Source: a virus (taxonomy: Duplodnaviria; Caudoviricetes). Taken from it: DNA of 43,418 nucleotides. The notes below the pieces were generated by a model. The model was not told where the DNA came from. It was given only the letters and a program-made list of their open reading frames with translations, and made no database searches. A program made the translations under genes and the position numbers. Shown in pieces: positions 35,932 to 43,418 of this stretch (within the stretch, counting starts at the first letter, position 1; every line of letters starts with the position of its first letter). The stretch is taken from IMG/VR virus record IMGVR_UViG_3300043173_000134, positions 1 through 43,418 of that record; one strand, 5' to 3'.

Positions 35932-36207
35932 ATGATAAAATTACTAGCAAAACTTTCAAACGCTATAAGGGACAGACGGAGAGCGAAAAAGGAAACAACT
36001 AAGATTGAGATCGGAGAATCCTATCATGTCAGACACTCGTACAAAAAGGATTTTTTCATCTTAGTAAAAACGGTAAACGACATATGGGTTGTGGGATTCG
36101 TGATGGATGCTGAAACGCTGACGCCTGGCGAAGAAATCATCACCATGCGAGAGCTTTGTCAGTTTACAAAACTTTGCAATCCCGAACAGGGAGAAAAAAA
36201 GGAATGA
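35932..36207 (+). CDS. hypothetical protein
   Basis: SD GAAAGGA; resembles 43118..43336 in the H...KD/GFF..VK..N..W..G pattern. Confidence 0.65.
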   Translation: MIKLLAKLSNAIRDRRRAKKETTKIEIGESYHVRHSYKKDFFILVKTVNDIWVVGFVMDAETLTPGEEIITMRELCQFTKLCNPEQGEKKE

Positions 36208-37253
36208 AATTTTTAGAACTATTCGCAGGGATTGGAGGCTTTCGTGTTGGGCTCGAAAACACTGGGCATGAGTGTGTGTGGGCCAGCGAGTGGTTGGAAA
36301 AACCTCGGCGAATATACAAGAAACAATTCGGGGACATGCCTTATGAACACGACATCAGGACAGTTACAGATAGGATTCAACTTCCAGAAGCAGATTTCCT
36401 CACCGCGGGATTTCCTTGTGCGACTTTCAGCGTTGCTGGAAAGCGGTCCGGATTCGGAATCGAGGACACAAGAGGCACACTCGCTTTTGAAACAGTCAGA
36501 ATCATTCGGCTTTCGGGAGTGCGATATTTTATTCTTGAAAACGTCAAGGGACTCGTTAACCATGACAATGGAAGAACTTTTGCAACTCTCCTCGGGTGTA
36601 TCGATGAACTTGGGTTTGACTGTCAATGGGAAGTGTGTAATTCTAAACATCATGGAGTGTCACAGAACAGAGAAAGAATTTTTGTTGTCGGACATCGTAG
36701 AGGAGAACCCAGACCGAAAATATTTCCAATCGGAGAACACAATCTCAAAGCTGATCAGGAAAAAGTCGCTGTCAGATCAGCAAAGACTCGAAAAGAGTAC
36801 GAACGAAAGTTGACGAAATGGAGATCAGAATTTTTCAAACACGATCATCACTCACACAAGAGAAAAGAAATTCCTGAGTTGATTTATCGGAACAATAAAA
36901 TTCAAGCTCTTGAGCCTGGTATCGATTTGAATGACGATGATCTGAAACATTACATGTTTGACAATCGAACGAGATATGGAAATAGATTTTGCACGTTGAA
37001 CGATGTCGCTCCCTGCCTGATGGGAGCGCAAGCGGCGAGTGATCTCCCGTATCTTATCGATGGACAGAACGTGCGGAAGTTCACCCCGCTGGAGTGTGAA
37101 CGAATTCAAGGACTGCCTGACAACTTCACGAAGTATTATGACGATGACACTCTTGTCTCTGACAATGAACGCTATGAGCGAATTGGCAGGACAGTGTCCA
37201 TTCCGATTATTGAAGCAATGGGAAGACGTTTAGGAACTGAATATTATGAATAA
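36204..37253 (+). CDS. C5 cytosine DNA methyltransferase fold; predicted carboxymethyltransferase (motif X Asn->Arg)
   Basis: Motif I ELFAGIGGF, IV GFPC (Cys72), VI ENV, VIII QNRER, IX RKFTPLECERIQGLPD, X IGRTVS instead of GNS/AV. Confidence 0.93.
   Translation: MKFLELFAGIGGFRVGLENTGHECVWASEWLEKPRRIYKKQFGDMPYEHDIRTVTDRIQLPEADFLTAGFPCATFSVAGKRSGFGIEDTRGTLAFETVRIIRLSGVRYFILENVKGLVNHDNGRTFATLLGCIDELGFDCQWEVCNSKHHGVSQNRERIFVVGHRRGEPRPKIFPIGEHNLKADQEKVAVRSAKTRKEYERKLTKWRSEFFKHDHHSHKRKEIPELIYRNNKIQALEPGIDLNDDDLKHYMFDNRTRYGNRFCTLNDVAPCLMGAQAASDLPYLIDGQNVRKFTPLECERIQGLPDNFTKYYDDDTLVSDNERYERIGRTVSIPIIEAMGRRLGTEYYE
36343..36813 (+). CDS. alternative (+1) frame ORF inside the C5 MTase; putative second subunit
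   Basis: Open from 36232 to 36813; ends with LLSDIVEENPDRKYFQS, matching the LxDILE...DxKYxLS segment of C5 MTases. Confidence 0.55.
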   Translation: MNTTSGQLQIGFNFQKQISSPRDFLVRLSALLESGPDSESRTQEAHSLLKQSESFGFRECDILFLKTSRDSLTMTMEELLQLSSGVSMNLGLTVNGKCVILNIMECHRTEKEFLLSDIVEENPDRKYFQSENTISKLIRKKSLSDQQRLEKSTNES

Positions 37254-37470
37254 GAAAAAGGAGTTAATAGACACAGGCTCAGGAGAAATTTTTGTTATCG
37301 AGAAAGATGAATATAAATTGTTTTCTGGTCCACACGGCAGAAGAATAGTGGCGAGATTAAATAGACACAAGCGGGCCTTCGCAATCGCCTACGCTTCTTT
37401 GTGTGTGTCTGTTGGGCTTAACATTTGGTGTTTGTATTTGTATATTTCGAAAGTGCTTAATGGATTATAA
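37246..37470 (+). CDS. small membrane protein
   Basis: C-terminal TM segment; SD AGGA. Confidence 0.6.
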   Translation: MNKKKELIDTGSGEIFVIEKDEYKLFSGPHGRRIVARLNRHKRAFAIAYASLCVSVGLNIWCLYLYISKVLNGL

Positions 37471-37594
37471 AATCGATTTTAATTTTATGCAGACGAATTG
37501 CTTTTGGTTCGAACCTCAGAGACTTTGCAAGAGTCCAGACGGGAATGGTGTTTGTATTCCCGAAGCAATTTGCCCGCTACTGAAAGGAAAAGAA

Positions 37595-38302
37595 ATGGAC
37601 AAAGATAAAGACAATCACGTTCCAGGGACGAAGTGGGAGTTCGATCAAGACGTTGCGAGAGTGTTTGACGATATGTTGCAAAGATCAATTCCTCAATATG
37701 ATGTCATGAGGGAGACGGTGAAAGACATTGCTCTCAAGTACATGAAAAACAACACGGCGGTCATCGATGTCGGTTGTGCAAGGGGAGACGCCATTGGCTC
37801 ACTGGCGCACATGTTTCCGAAAGTTGATTTCTTTGGCCTTGATGTGAGTGAGGCAATGCTCGATCAAGCACGAGACAAATTCAAAGACCAGCACAACGTG
37901 GCTATCTGTCATCGGGATTTAAAAGAAGGACTCAACATTGGAGGGAAAGCGTCAGTGATCCTGGCAGTTCTGACAGTGCAATTCACTCCGATTGAATATC
38001 GTATGCAGATCATCCGAGACATGTTCAATCAGCTTTTTGATGGCGGGTGCTTGATCATTGTCGAGAAGGTACTGGGAGAGAGTGCAGAAATTGACGTTCT
38101 CTTTCGGGAGAGGTATTACGCACTGAAAGGAAAGAACGGATATTCAAAAGATGACATCGACAGAAAGAAACTTGCACTGGAAGGCGTACTCGTTCCGATC
38201 ACAGCGAAGTGGAACGAATCAATGTTGAGATCAGCGGGCTTCACTCAGGTTGATTGCTTCTGGAGATGGATGAACTTTGCGGGATGGGTTGCGATCAAAT
38301 GA
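37595..38302 (+). CDS. cmoA: CmoA-like carboxy-S-adenosylmethionine synthase
   Basis: WEFDQDVARVFDDMLQRSIPQY, DVGCARG, LTVQF, GGCLIIVEK, KNGYS...K...LEGVL, LRSAGF...NF are collinear with E. coli CmoA; SD GAAAGGA (in-frame upstream ATG at 37460). Confidence 0.85.
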   Translation: MDKDKDNHVPGTKWEFDQDVARVFDDMLQRSIPQYDVMRETVKDIALKYMKNNTAVIDVGCARGDAIGSLAHMFPKVDFFGLDVSEAMLDQARDKFKDQHNVAICHRDLKEGLNIGGKASVILAVLTVQFTPIEYRMQIIRDMFNQLFDGGCLIIVEKVLGESAEIDVLFRERYYALKGKNGYSKDDIDRKKLALEGVLVPITAKWNESMLRSAGFTQVDCFWRWMNFAGWVAIK

Positions 38303-38619
38303 AAAAGCAAATCAAGGACATAATAAACGAACTCAGAATGTTGATTGCGGATTATTTCTTGTTGCTTTCGCTGAAACTATATCCCAAGGGTGCAGAGCGA
38401 TACAGCTTGTGCGAACACTTGCAGGCCCATTTTGAATCTGTACTGGGAAAAGAAAACACTTTATTTAATTGTCCATCATTCTCCACGTCTGGCCTTGTGT
38501 GTTGTTTTTCTTCTCACAATGAAATATATGACAAAACTGCGGAAAGATGTGGAGGTGTGGCCTGTAGAATTAACAAACCATTGAGGAGTTTAGAAAGGAA
38601 AAGGAATGAACTCACTTGA
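38299..38619 (+). CDS. Cys-rich hypothetical protein
   Basis: ATGA overlap. Confidence 0.55.
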   Translation: MKKQIKDIINELRMLIADYFLLLSLKLYPKGAERYSLCEHLQAHFESVLGKENTLFNCPSFSTSGLVCCFSSHNEIYDKTAERCGGVACRINKPLRSLERKRNELT

Positions 38620-39019
38620 AAAAAGACATGCGAACGTCAGAAAGAATAACCCGGACAGATATTTCGAATCCGATCTCAACAAATTCATTCACGAAGAATG
38701 TGGAAAGAAAATGATCGTCAATAATATTGACTTGATTATGTTGAGGCTCAGAAAAGATAGGCCCGACACGCTGAGAGTAATTGAAAGCAAGCACACCATG
38801 GAGAAGCCTATGGCTGAAAGTCAAAAAAATGTCTTGCGAAAATTGAGACAAGTCTTTATATCTGGGAACATAGAAATCGAAGGCATTGATCTTGAGTTGT
38901 ATGTTGTCTATGGAGATCAGCCTTATGACAAAATAAAAGTGTATGATTCTATCAATGAAGTCAATTTTACAATCGAAGGAAAAGAGAACGTAATCAATTG
39001 GCTTGAAATGAATGACTGA
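38606..39019 (+). CDS. putative PD-(D/E)XK-fold protein
   Basis: NIDLI...RVIESKH......SQ..VL pattern. Confidence 0.55.
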   Translation: MNSLEKRHANVRKNNPDRYFESDLNKFIHEECGKKMIVNNIDLIMLRLRKDRPDTLRVIESKHTMEKPMAESQKNVLRKLRQVFISGNIEIEGIDLELYVVYGDQPYDKIKVYDSINEVNFTIEGKENVINWLEMND

Positions 39020-39031
39020 AAGGAGGGCTTT

Positions 39032-39145
39032 ATGTTGAAAATGTTTTTTATTGTTCTCTGTTGGGTTGCTTTTATTATTACCGTTGTCATTCTCTTTTGC
39101 TTTATTGAGAAATTGATTGAGGAAAGATGTATTATAATTTTTTAA
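39032..39145 (+). CDS. 37-aa membrane peptide (not in ORF track)
   Basis: SD AAGGAGG; hydrophobic. Confidence 0.5.
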   Translation: MLKMFFIVLCWVAFIITVVILFCFIEKLIEERCIIIF

Positions 39146-39168
39146 CGTTTAAAGAAGGAAAGTGAAAA

Positions 39169-39642
39169 TTGGGTTTAGACTACGACTATCCATCAAAAGG
39201 AAAATCATGTTTGGATGGGCCATTGAAAGTGAAGTATGACGGGAAGCCTTTTGGAGAGATCAGAAAAGTGAAAGACGGATTTCAGTTCTTCGCTAAAGGT
39301 GACAAGACAGGAGGCCCTATCTGTAACAATGTTTCCGAAGTGCAAAACAGCCTTGTCGCGTTACAGCCTTCAAAAGAAGATAGAAAGGGCAGTGACGAAA
39401 AAGAAACGACAGAGGATCAGTCCGTTTCGATGATCAAGAAAATCAAAAGGGAATTGAAAGCAACTAATTCAAAACTGGAGGCGGCGTTGGTTTTACTGAC
39501 AGCCTCATTTGATTTGTTTGAGAAGCAAGTCGGCACGACAGAACCCGTGAACATGCTTGAGGAAAATGTCACATGCGGCGAAACAGAAATGGACGGACAC
39601 TCTGTCCATGCTGACATTGGCAAGTATCTCGAAGATGTGTGA
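39169..39642 (+). CDS. hypothetical protein
   Basis: TTG start, SD GAAGGA. Confidence 0.65.
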   Translation: MGLDYDYPSKGKSCLDGPLKVKYDGKPFGEIRKVKDGFQFFAKGDKTGGPICNNVSEVQNSLVALQPSKEDRKGSDEKETTEDQSVSMIKKIKRELKATNSKLEAALVLLTASFDLFEKQVGTTEPVNMLEENVTCGETEMDGHSVHADIGKYLEDV

Positions 39643-39687
39643 AATGCTTCAAGCGTAAAGCGTGATTAATTTATCACTATTATTGAT

Positions 39688-39717
39688 TTGGCTGTCAGGG
39701 TAATTCCTGACAGTCAA
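39688..39717. promoter_or_regulatory. 13-bp inverted repeat upstream of the lipase gene
   Basis: TTGGCTGTCAGGG-TAAT-TCCTGACAGTCAA; a second palindrome GTGAT-N6-ATCAC lies at 39662-39677. Confidence 0.45.
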
Positions 39718-39746
39718 TTCACTGATGACAATTTTTGGAGAATAGA

Positions 39747-40514
39747 ATGAAAAATTTTAATAATGATACAATGTGTTTTGCCACAGCAAATGGTTATTGG
39801 CTGGCTTGGTGTGCGAGACTTGCTTATCGTGCGGAGGAAGGGATCAGGGAAGAGCTTGCGTCAGAGGGCATGAAGCTCTTTGGATTCTTTGACGAAGATA
39901 ACACACAGGCTTTCATCGCTTTCGATGATGACAAGATGATCATTTCCGTGAGAGGAACTGACGGACTGGCTGACGCAATGACTGACATCAATGTCGATCT
40001 CGCTGACGGAGTGGGCGGGAGAGTTCATGACGGGTTCAACACTTCTGCCTCAAGGCTTTGGAAGTTTGTCATGCAAGCAATAAAGAACAGAGGACGTCGA
40101 TCATTGTGGCTGACTGGTCATTCCCTAGGAGCTGGCATTGCAACAATCCTGACGGCTCGACTCGTTCAGCAGAAAGACGAACCAGTCAACGGGCTTTACA
40201 CGTTCGGACAACCTAGGACAGGTGATAAAAAGTTCGCTCGAAATTTCAATGAGTCATTTGGGACCAGGACGTTTCGCTTTGTCAACAACAACGACATCGT
40301 GACACGAACTCCGTTTCGTTCGATGGGCTATGCACATGTTGGACAGTGTATGTATTTTGATGAACACGGAACGTTCCGAGCAGATCTTGCCTGGTGGGAA
40401 AAGCTACTCGACAGAATCAACGGAAGGATTCATGATCTATTCAAACTAGGCACTGACGGAATCAAAGATCATTCAATGGATGATTATCTTGATAGAACTG
40501 AGAAGATGATTTGA
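39747..40514 (+). CDS. lipase class 3 (alpha/beta hydrolase)
   Basis: SVRGTD, VHDGF, LTGHSLGAG nucleophile elbow, YTFGQPRTG, NDIVT.TP, DHSM..Y. Confidence 0.93.
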   Translation: MKNFNNDTMCFATANGYWLAWCARLAYRAEEGIREELASEGMKLFGFFDEDNTQAFIAFDDDKMIISVRGTDGLADAMTDINVDLADGVGGRVHDGFNTSASRLWKFVMQAIKNRGRRSLWLTGHSLGAGIATILTARLVQQKDEPVNGLYTFGQPRTGDKKFARNFNESFGTRTFRFVNNNDIVTRTPFRSMGYAHVGQCMYFDEHGTFRADLAWWEKLLDRINGRIHDLFKLGTDGIKDHSMDDYLDRTEKMI

Positions 40515-41119
40515 GAAGTAATATAAATTTACATCACGGTGATTGCATGGAAGCAATGAAGGGTATGAAAGATAATCAATTTGATTTGGCGATTGTTGAT
40601 CCGCCTTATGGGATTGGCATATCATCTAACCCATTCAGGCAAAAACATAAAAAATCTAATTGGGACGATGCTGTCCCGAAGGAAGAATATTTTCAAGAAT
40701 TAAAAAGAGTGAGCAAGTCCCAAATTATATGGGGTGGGAATTATTTCAATCTTCCGCCTACACAGGGTTTTATCATATGGGATAAAGTGCAACCAGAGAC
40801 ATTTTCATCGTCCATGTGTGAGTTTGCATGGTGTAGCGAACAGAAACCCGCCAAGATATTCAAGCGCCGTGTGGTTCAAAAAGAATACAGCAAGAAAATA
40901 CATCCAACACAAAAGCCAATTACATTGTACAAGTGGATTCTAGAGAAATACGCCAAAGATGGCGACAAGATACTTGATACCCATTTAGGCAGCGGCAGCA
41001 TAGCCATAGCGTGTTGGGATCTCAAATACGATCTTACTGGATATGAATTAGACAAAGAATATTATGACGGCGCCTGTGAACGATTTAATAATCATTGCAA
41101 GCAAGGACAATTATTTTAA
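40511..41119 (+). CDS. DNA N6-adenine/N4-cytosine methyltransferase (beta class)
   Basis: GDCME..., DLAIVDPPYG, IIWGGNYF, HPTQKP, ILDTHLGSGS. Confidence 0.92.
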   Translation: MRSNINLHHGDCMEAMKGMKDNQFDLAIVDPPYGIGISSNPFRQKHKKSNWDDAVPKEEYFQELKRVSKSQIIWGGNYFNLPPTQGFIIWDKVQPETFSSSMCEFAWCSEQKPAKIFKRRVVQKEYSKKIHPTQKPITLYKWILEKYAKDGDKILDTHLGSGSIAIACWDLKYDLTGYELDKEYYDGACERFNNHCKQGQLF

Positions 41120-41122
41120 ACT

Positions 41123-41956
41123 ATGGCTAATCAAGGTTATGTACTTGTATATAGATCGATGATGGATAAGGAGGATTATTTCGGTCATAAGTTCAGCACG
41201 AAAGAAGCTTGGCTTGATCTAATCTTCTTGGCCAATCATTCAGACATTAGAAGCTCCAAAAGAGGAATCAATTTTGATGTCAAGTATGGCCAGATTGCTT
41301 ATTCTCAAGAGTCTCTGGCAAAGCGTTGGATGTGGTCGAGAGGCAAAGTAAAACGCTATTTAAAAGAGCTTGAAAACGAACATCAAATTAGACTTGAAAT
41401 GATACAGGGAATAAACCGTCTAAGTACATTGATCACATTGACTAACTACGAGAGACTCCAGAAGCGTGAACAACAGACCGAACAACAGAACGGACATCAA
41501 ACGGACATCAAACGGACATCAGACGATACAGTAGTAACTAATGTAACTAATGTAACTAATGAAAACAATAAAGAAAAGAAAGGACGAAAGGGGGTGAAAA
41601 AGAAGAAAAAGGAGACAGGAGCTGAACTGATCTATCCTGATTGTGTTGAGCGTGATTTGATCGATAAATATATCGACAACAGAGTGATCATAAAAAAGAA
41701 AATGACTCACTACGCAAAAGAATTATTTCTTCTAAAGATTCAGAAGTTCCACGACAAAGGGGAAGACGTAAAAACATTAATTGAAAAAGCGATCATCGGA
41801 GGATGGTCTGACATTTACGAATCGAAAGGAGCAAGCAATGGAAAAAACTTTAAAGGACGCAAACAAGAGCCTATTAAAAAAGCGGGAACAAAATCAGGAA
41901 GGGAAGAAAAACGTCCTACGGTTATTACAATCGGAGATCGGCGAAGGAAAGATTAA
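41123..41956 (+). CDS. phage replication initiator (lambda O / DnaD-like)
   Basis: GYV.VYRS...AWLDLIFLANH...GQ...S.ESLA.RW.WSR.KVKR.L..LE...ITL.NY..Q; upstream of a DnaC-like gene. Confidence 0.85.
   Translation: MANQGYVLVYRSMMDKEDYFGHKFSTKEAWLDLIFLANHSDIRSSKRGINFDVKYGQIAYSQESLAKRWMWSRGKVKRYLKELENEHQIRLEMIQGINRLSTLITLTNYERLQKREQQTEQQNGHQTDIKRTSDDTVVTNVTNVTNENNKEKKGRKGVKKKKKETGAELIYPDCVERDLIDKYIDNRVIIKKKMTHYAKELFLLKIQKFHDKGEDVKTLIEKAIIGGWSDIYESKGASNGKNFKGRKQEPIKKAGTKSGREEKRPTVITIGDRRRKD
41468..41560. repeat. iteron-like repeats; putative replication origin
   Basis: GAACAACAGA x2, ACGGACATCA x3 (11-bp period), GTAACTAAT x3, then an A-rich tract, all inside the initiator gene. Confidence 0.65.
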
Positions 41957-42872
41957 AAGCGCAAGACGGCAGGCGTTAAGATATTTGCATGGAGAGCATA
42001 AGGAAGAAATTATTGAGATGTTCAGAAAGGAAGAGATCCCGACATTCCAATGTCAGCATTGCAAGCGAGAAACAGAGCGCAAGTTCCTCCCGTTGTTCTT
42101 GATGTATGATTATAATCATAAGGTATGCGATGACTGTAATAAAAAAATCGTCAAAGCGTATGAAGAACAAAAGCTCCAAGACAAAATGAAGGCTCTCGAT
42201 AAGTTCACGAAAACATTCGGTGCTGTTGTTGATCAGATGATCGGACTCTCTGGAGTGCCTGAGATATTCAGGAAAGCTTCCATGGGTGATCTTGGACATG
42301 CTGCAGCACAGGCGCTATCGTTAGAGCAAAGTTATTTTATTAAAGGTGATGTTGGCGTTGGCAAGTCTCATATGGCAGTCGCTCTGATCAGACAATATCT
42401 CGAATCATTGAAACCTGAGTATGATGAGCAAAAGAAGAAATATTATTTCGATGACTTTGAATCACTGCTTCCTTGCTTCATTGAAGTGCCTGAACTACTA
42501 CTAAGAATTAGAGACACGTATCGCAGTCGCACGGGCACATACATCGACAAGGGAATAGAGACGGAGAAAGATATTGTTGATTACTTCACACGGACTCCTT
42601 ATCTGGTGCTTGATGATCTGGGCAGTGAGAAGGCAAGTGAGTTCTCAACGCTCATGCTATATTTGATCATCAATCGAAGATGCACACAAGGAAAGACTAC
42701 AGTGATTACGTCCAACTTGAATCTGGAGCAGATAGGCGAGCATCTATCCAGTCGCATAAGCTCACGAATCAATGGCATGTGTGTTCCTATTGATGTTGCT
42801 GGTGATGACAAACGATATGAGGACAAGACAGAGCAGGGCAGAGCGAACGCCTACAACACTGAGCATGGATAG
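41838..42872 (+). CDS. DnaC/IstB-like AAA+ helicase loader
   Basis: CxxC Zn site, Walker A GDVGVGKS, Walker B LVLDDLGSE, TVITSN, RISSRI. Confidence 0.9.
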   Translation: MEKTLKDANKSLLKKREQNQEGKKNVLRLLQSEIGEGKIKSARRQALRYLHGEHKEEIIEMFRKEEIPTFQCQHCKRETERKFLPLFLMYDYNHKVCDDCNKKIVKAYEEQKLQDKMKALDKFTKTFGAVVDQMIGLSGVPEIFRKASMGDLGHAAAQALSLEQSYFIKGDVGVGKSHMAVALIRQYLESLKPEYDEQKKKYYFDDFESLLPCFIEVPELLLRIRDTYRSRTGTYIDKGIETEKDIVDYFTRTPYLVLDDLGSEKASEFSTLMLYLIINRRCTQGKTTVITSNLNLEQIGEHLSSRISSRINGMCVPIDVAGDDKRYEDKTEQGRANAYNTEHG

Positions 42873-43117
42873 ACATAGCAAGCACGATTGGCGTGCGCTC
42901 ACGAGCATCTGAGAGCGTTTATCATATTGAGGCAATCAAATGAATAAGATCTATACATATATAGTCCAGCCTGTATATAAAGGCAACAGTTACTTTGAAG
43001 CAAACAGAGCGTTACGGGTGCTTACAGACTGCTCTTTTTCGCCTCTGTATCAAAATCAAAACGGTGTTGTATAATATTCGAAAAATGTACAGTTGTTAAA
43101 CAGAAAGGAGAAAATCG

Positions 43118-43336
43118 TTGCAATTATTAACAGATCACATATATCTGGTGGAGCATGAAACGAAAGGGATATTTTACTTGGATGTTAAGGAAACGAATGA
43201 AACCTGGACAAAAGGTAGATTGATCAGGAGGAAAGCTGATAAGTTGTATGGATCTTGCTTTGTTTATGAAAACAATTTAATAGTAATCAGGAATAGTTTA
43301 TGCACGTTTATTTTGACTGAACAAAAACCGTTCTGA
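43118..43336 (+). CDS. hypothetical protein
   Basis: TTG start, SD GAAAGGAG; TATAAT at 43070-43075 upstream. Confidence 0.65.
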   Translation: MQLLTDHIYLVEHETKGIFYLDVKETNETWTKGRLIRRKADKLYGSCFVYENNLIVIRNSLCTFILTEQKPF

Positions 43337-43418
43337 GAAAATTGGAAAGGAAAGGAAATCATGAGATTAATTATCACATACGAACTGAATGGAGTTTCGA
43401 ACGTTACGGAGACGGATG
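43292..43418. repeat. 127-bp terminal direct repeat (copy 2)
   Basis: Identical to 1-127. Confidence 0.95.

Noticed and set aside
37595-38302. cmoA as an auxiliary tRNA (cmo5U) modification gene
   Set aside because: No cmoB or real tRNA genes are present; adjacency to a motif X Arg DNA MTase is the more economical explanation, though a tRNA role is not excluded.
41468-41560. CRISPR-like or mini-array
   Set aside because: Repeats are 9-11 bp, tandem, without unique spacers, and in frame within the initiator gene.
43292-43418. Terminal repeat as a biological DTR
   Set aside because: It is exactly 127 bp (a common assembler k-mer), cuts through coding sequence, and gpA-type terminases usually make cos ends. 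Best read as circular-assembly overlap.
1-43418. Stop-codon reassignment
   Set aside because: Core genes are full length under the standard code, and TAA, TGA and TAG all end genes.

Overview
The window looks like a complete, circularly assembled genome (43,291 bp unique; bases 1-127 repeat exactly at 43292-43418) of a long-tailed, siphovirus-like dsDNA phage. Essentially all credible genes are on the + strand. Packaging/head genes: Nu1-like TerS, gpA-like TerL, gpW-like protein, lambda-type portal, S49 protease with a nested scaffold start, decoration protein and Mu gpT-like major capsid. Tail genes: terminator, tube, chaperone, tape measure, hub and PKD/DNRLRE adhesin-like proteins. These are followed by many small early genes, Bet recombinase plus exonuclease, a DNA modification block, a class 3 lipase, an N6/N4 methyltransferase and an initiator/DnaC-like replication pair. 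No integrase, repressor or endolysin is recognisable. The most notable signal is a C5 cytosine methyltransferase whose motif X Asn is replaced by Arg (G-R-T-V), encoded next to a CmoA-like carboxy-SAM synthase. Together they predict natural 5-carboxymethylcytosine DNA modification. Other candidates: an alternative-frame ORF inside that methyltransferase, a ubiquitin-like (Multi_ubiq) gene in the packaging module, a portal-mimic microprotein, a PKD domain split across two genes, and several structured RNAs. All calls come from motif recognition by eye; no searches were run.
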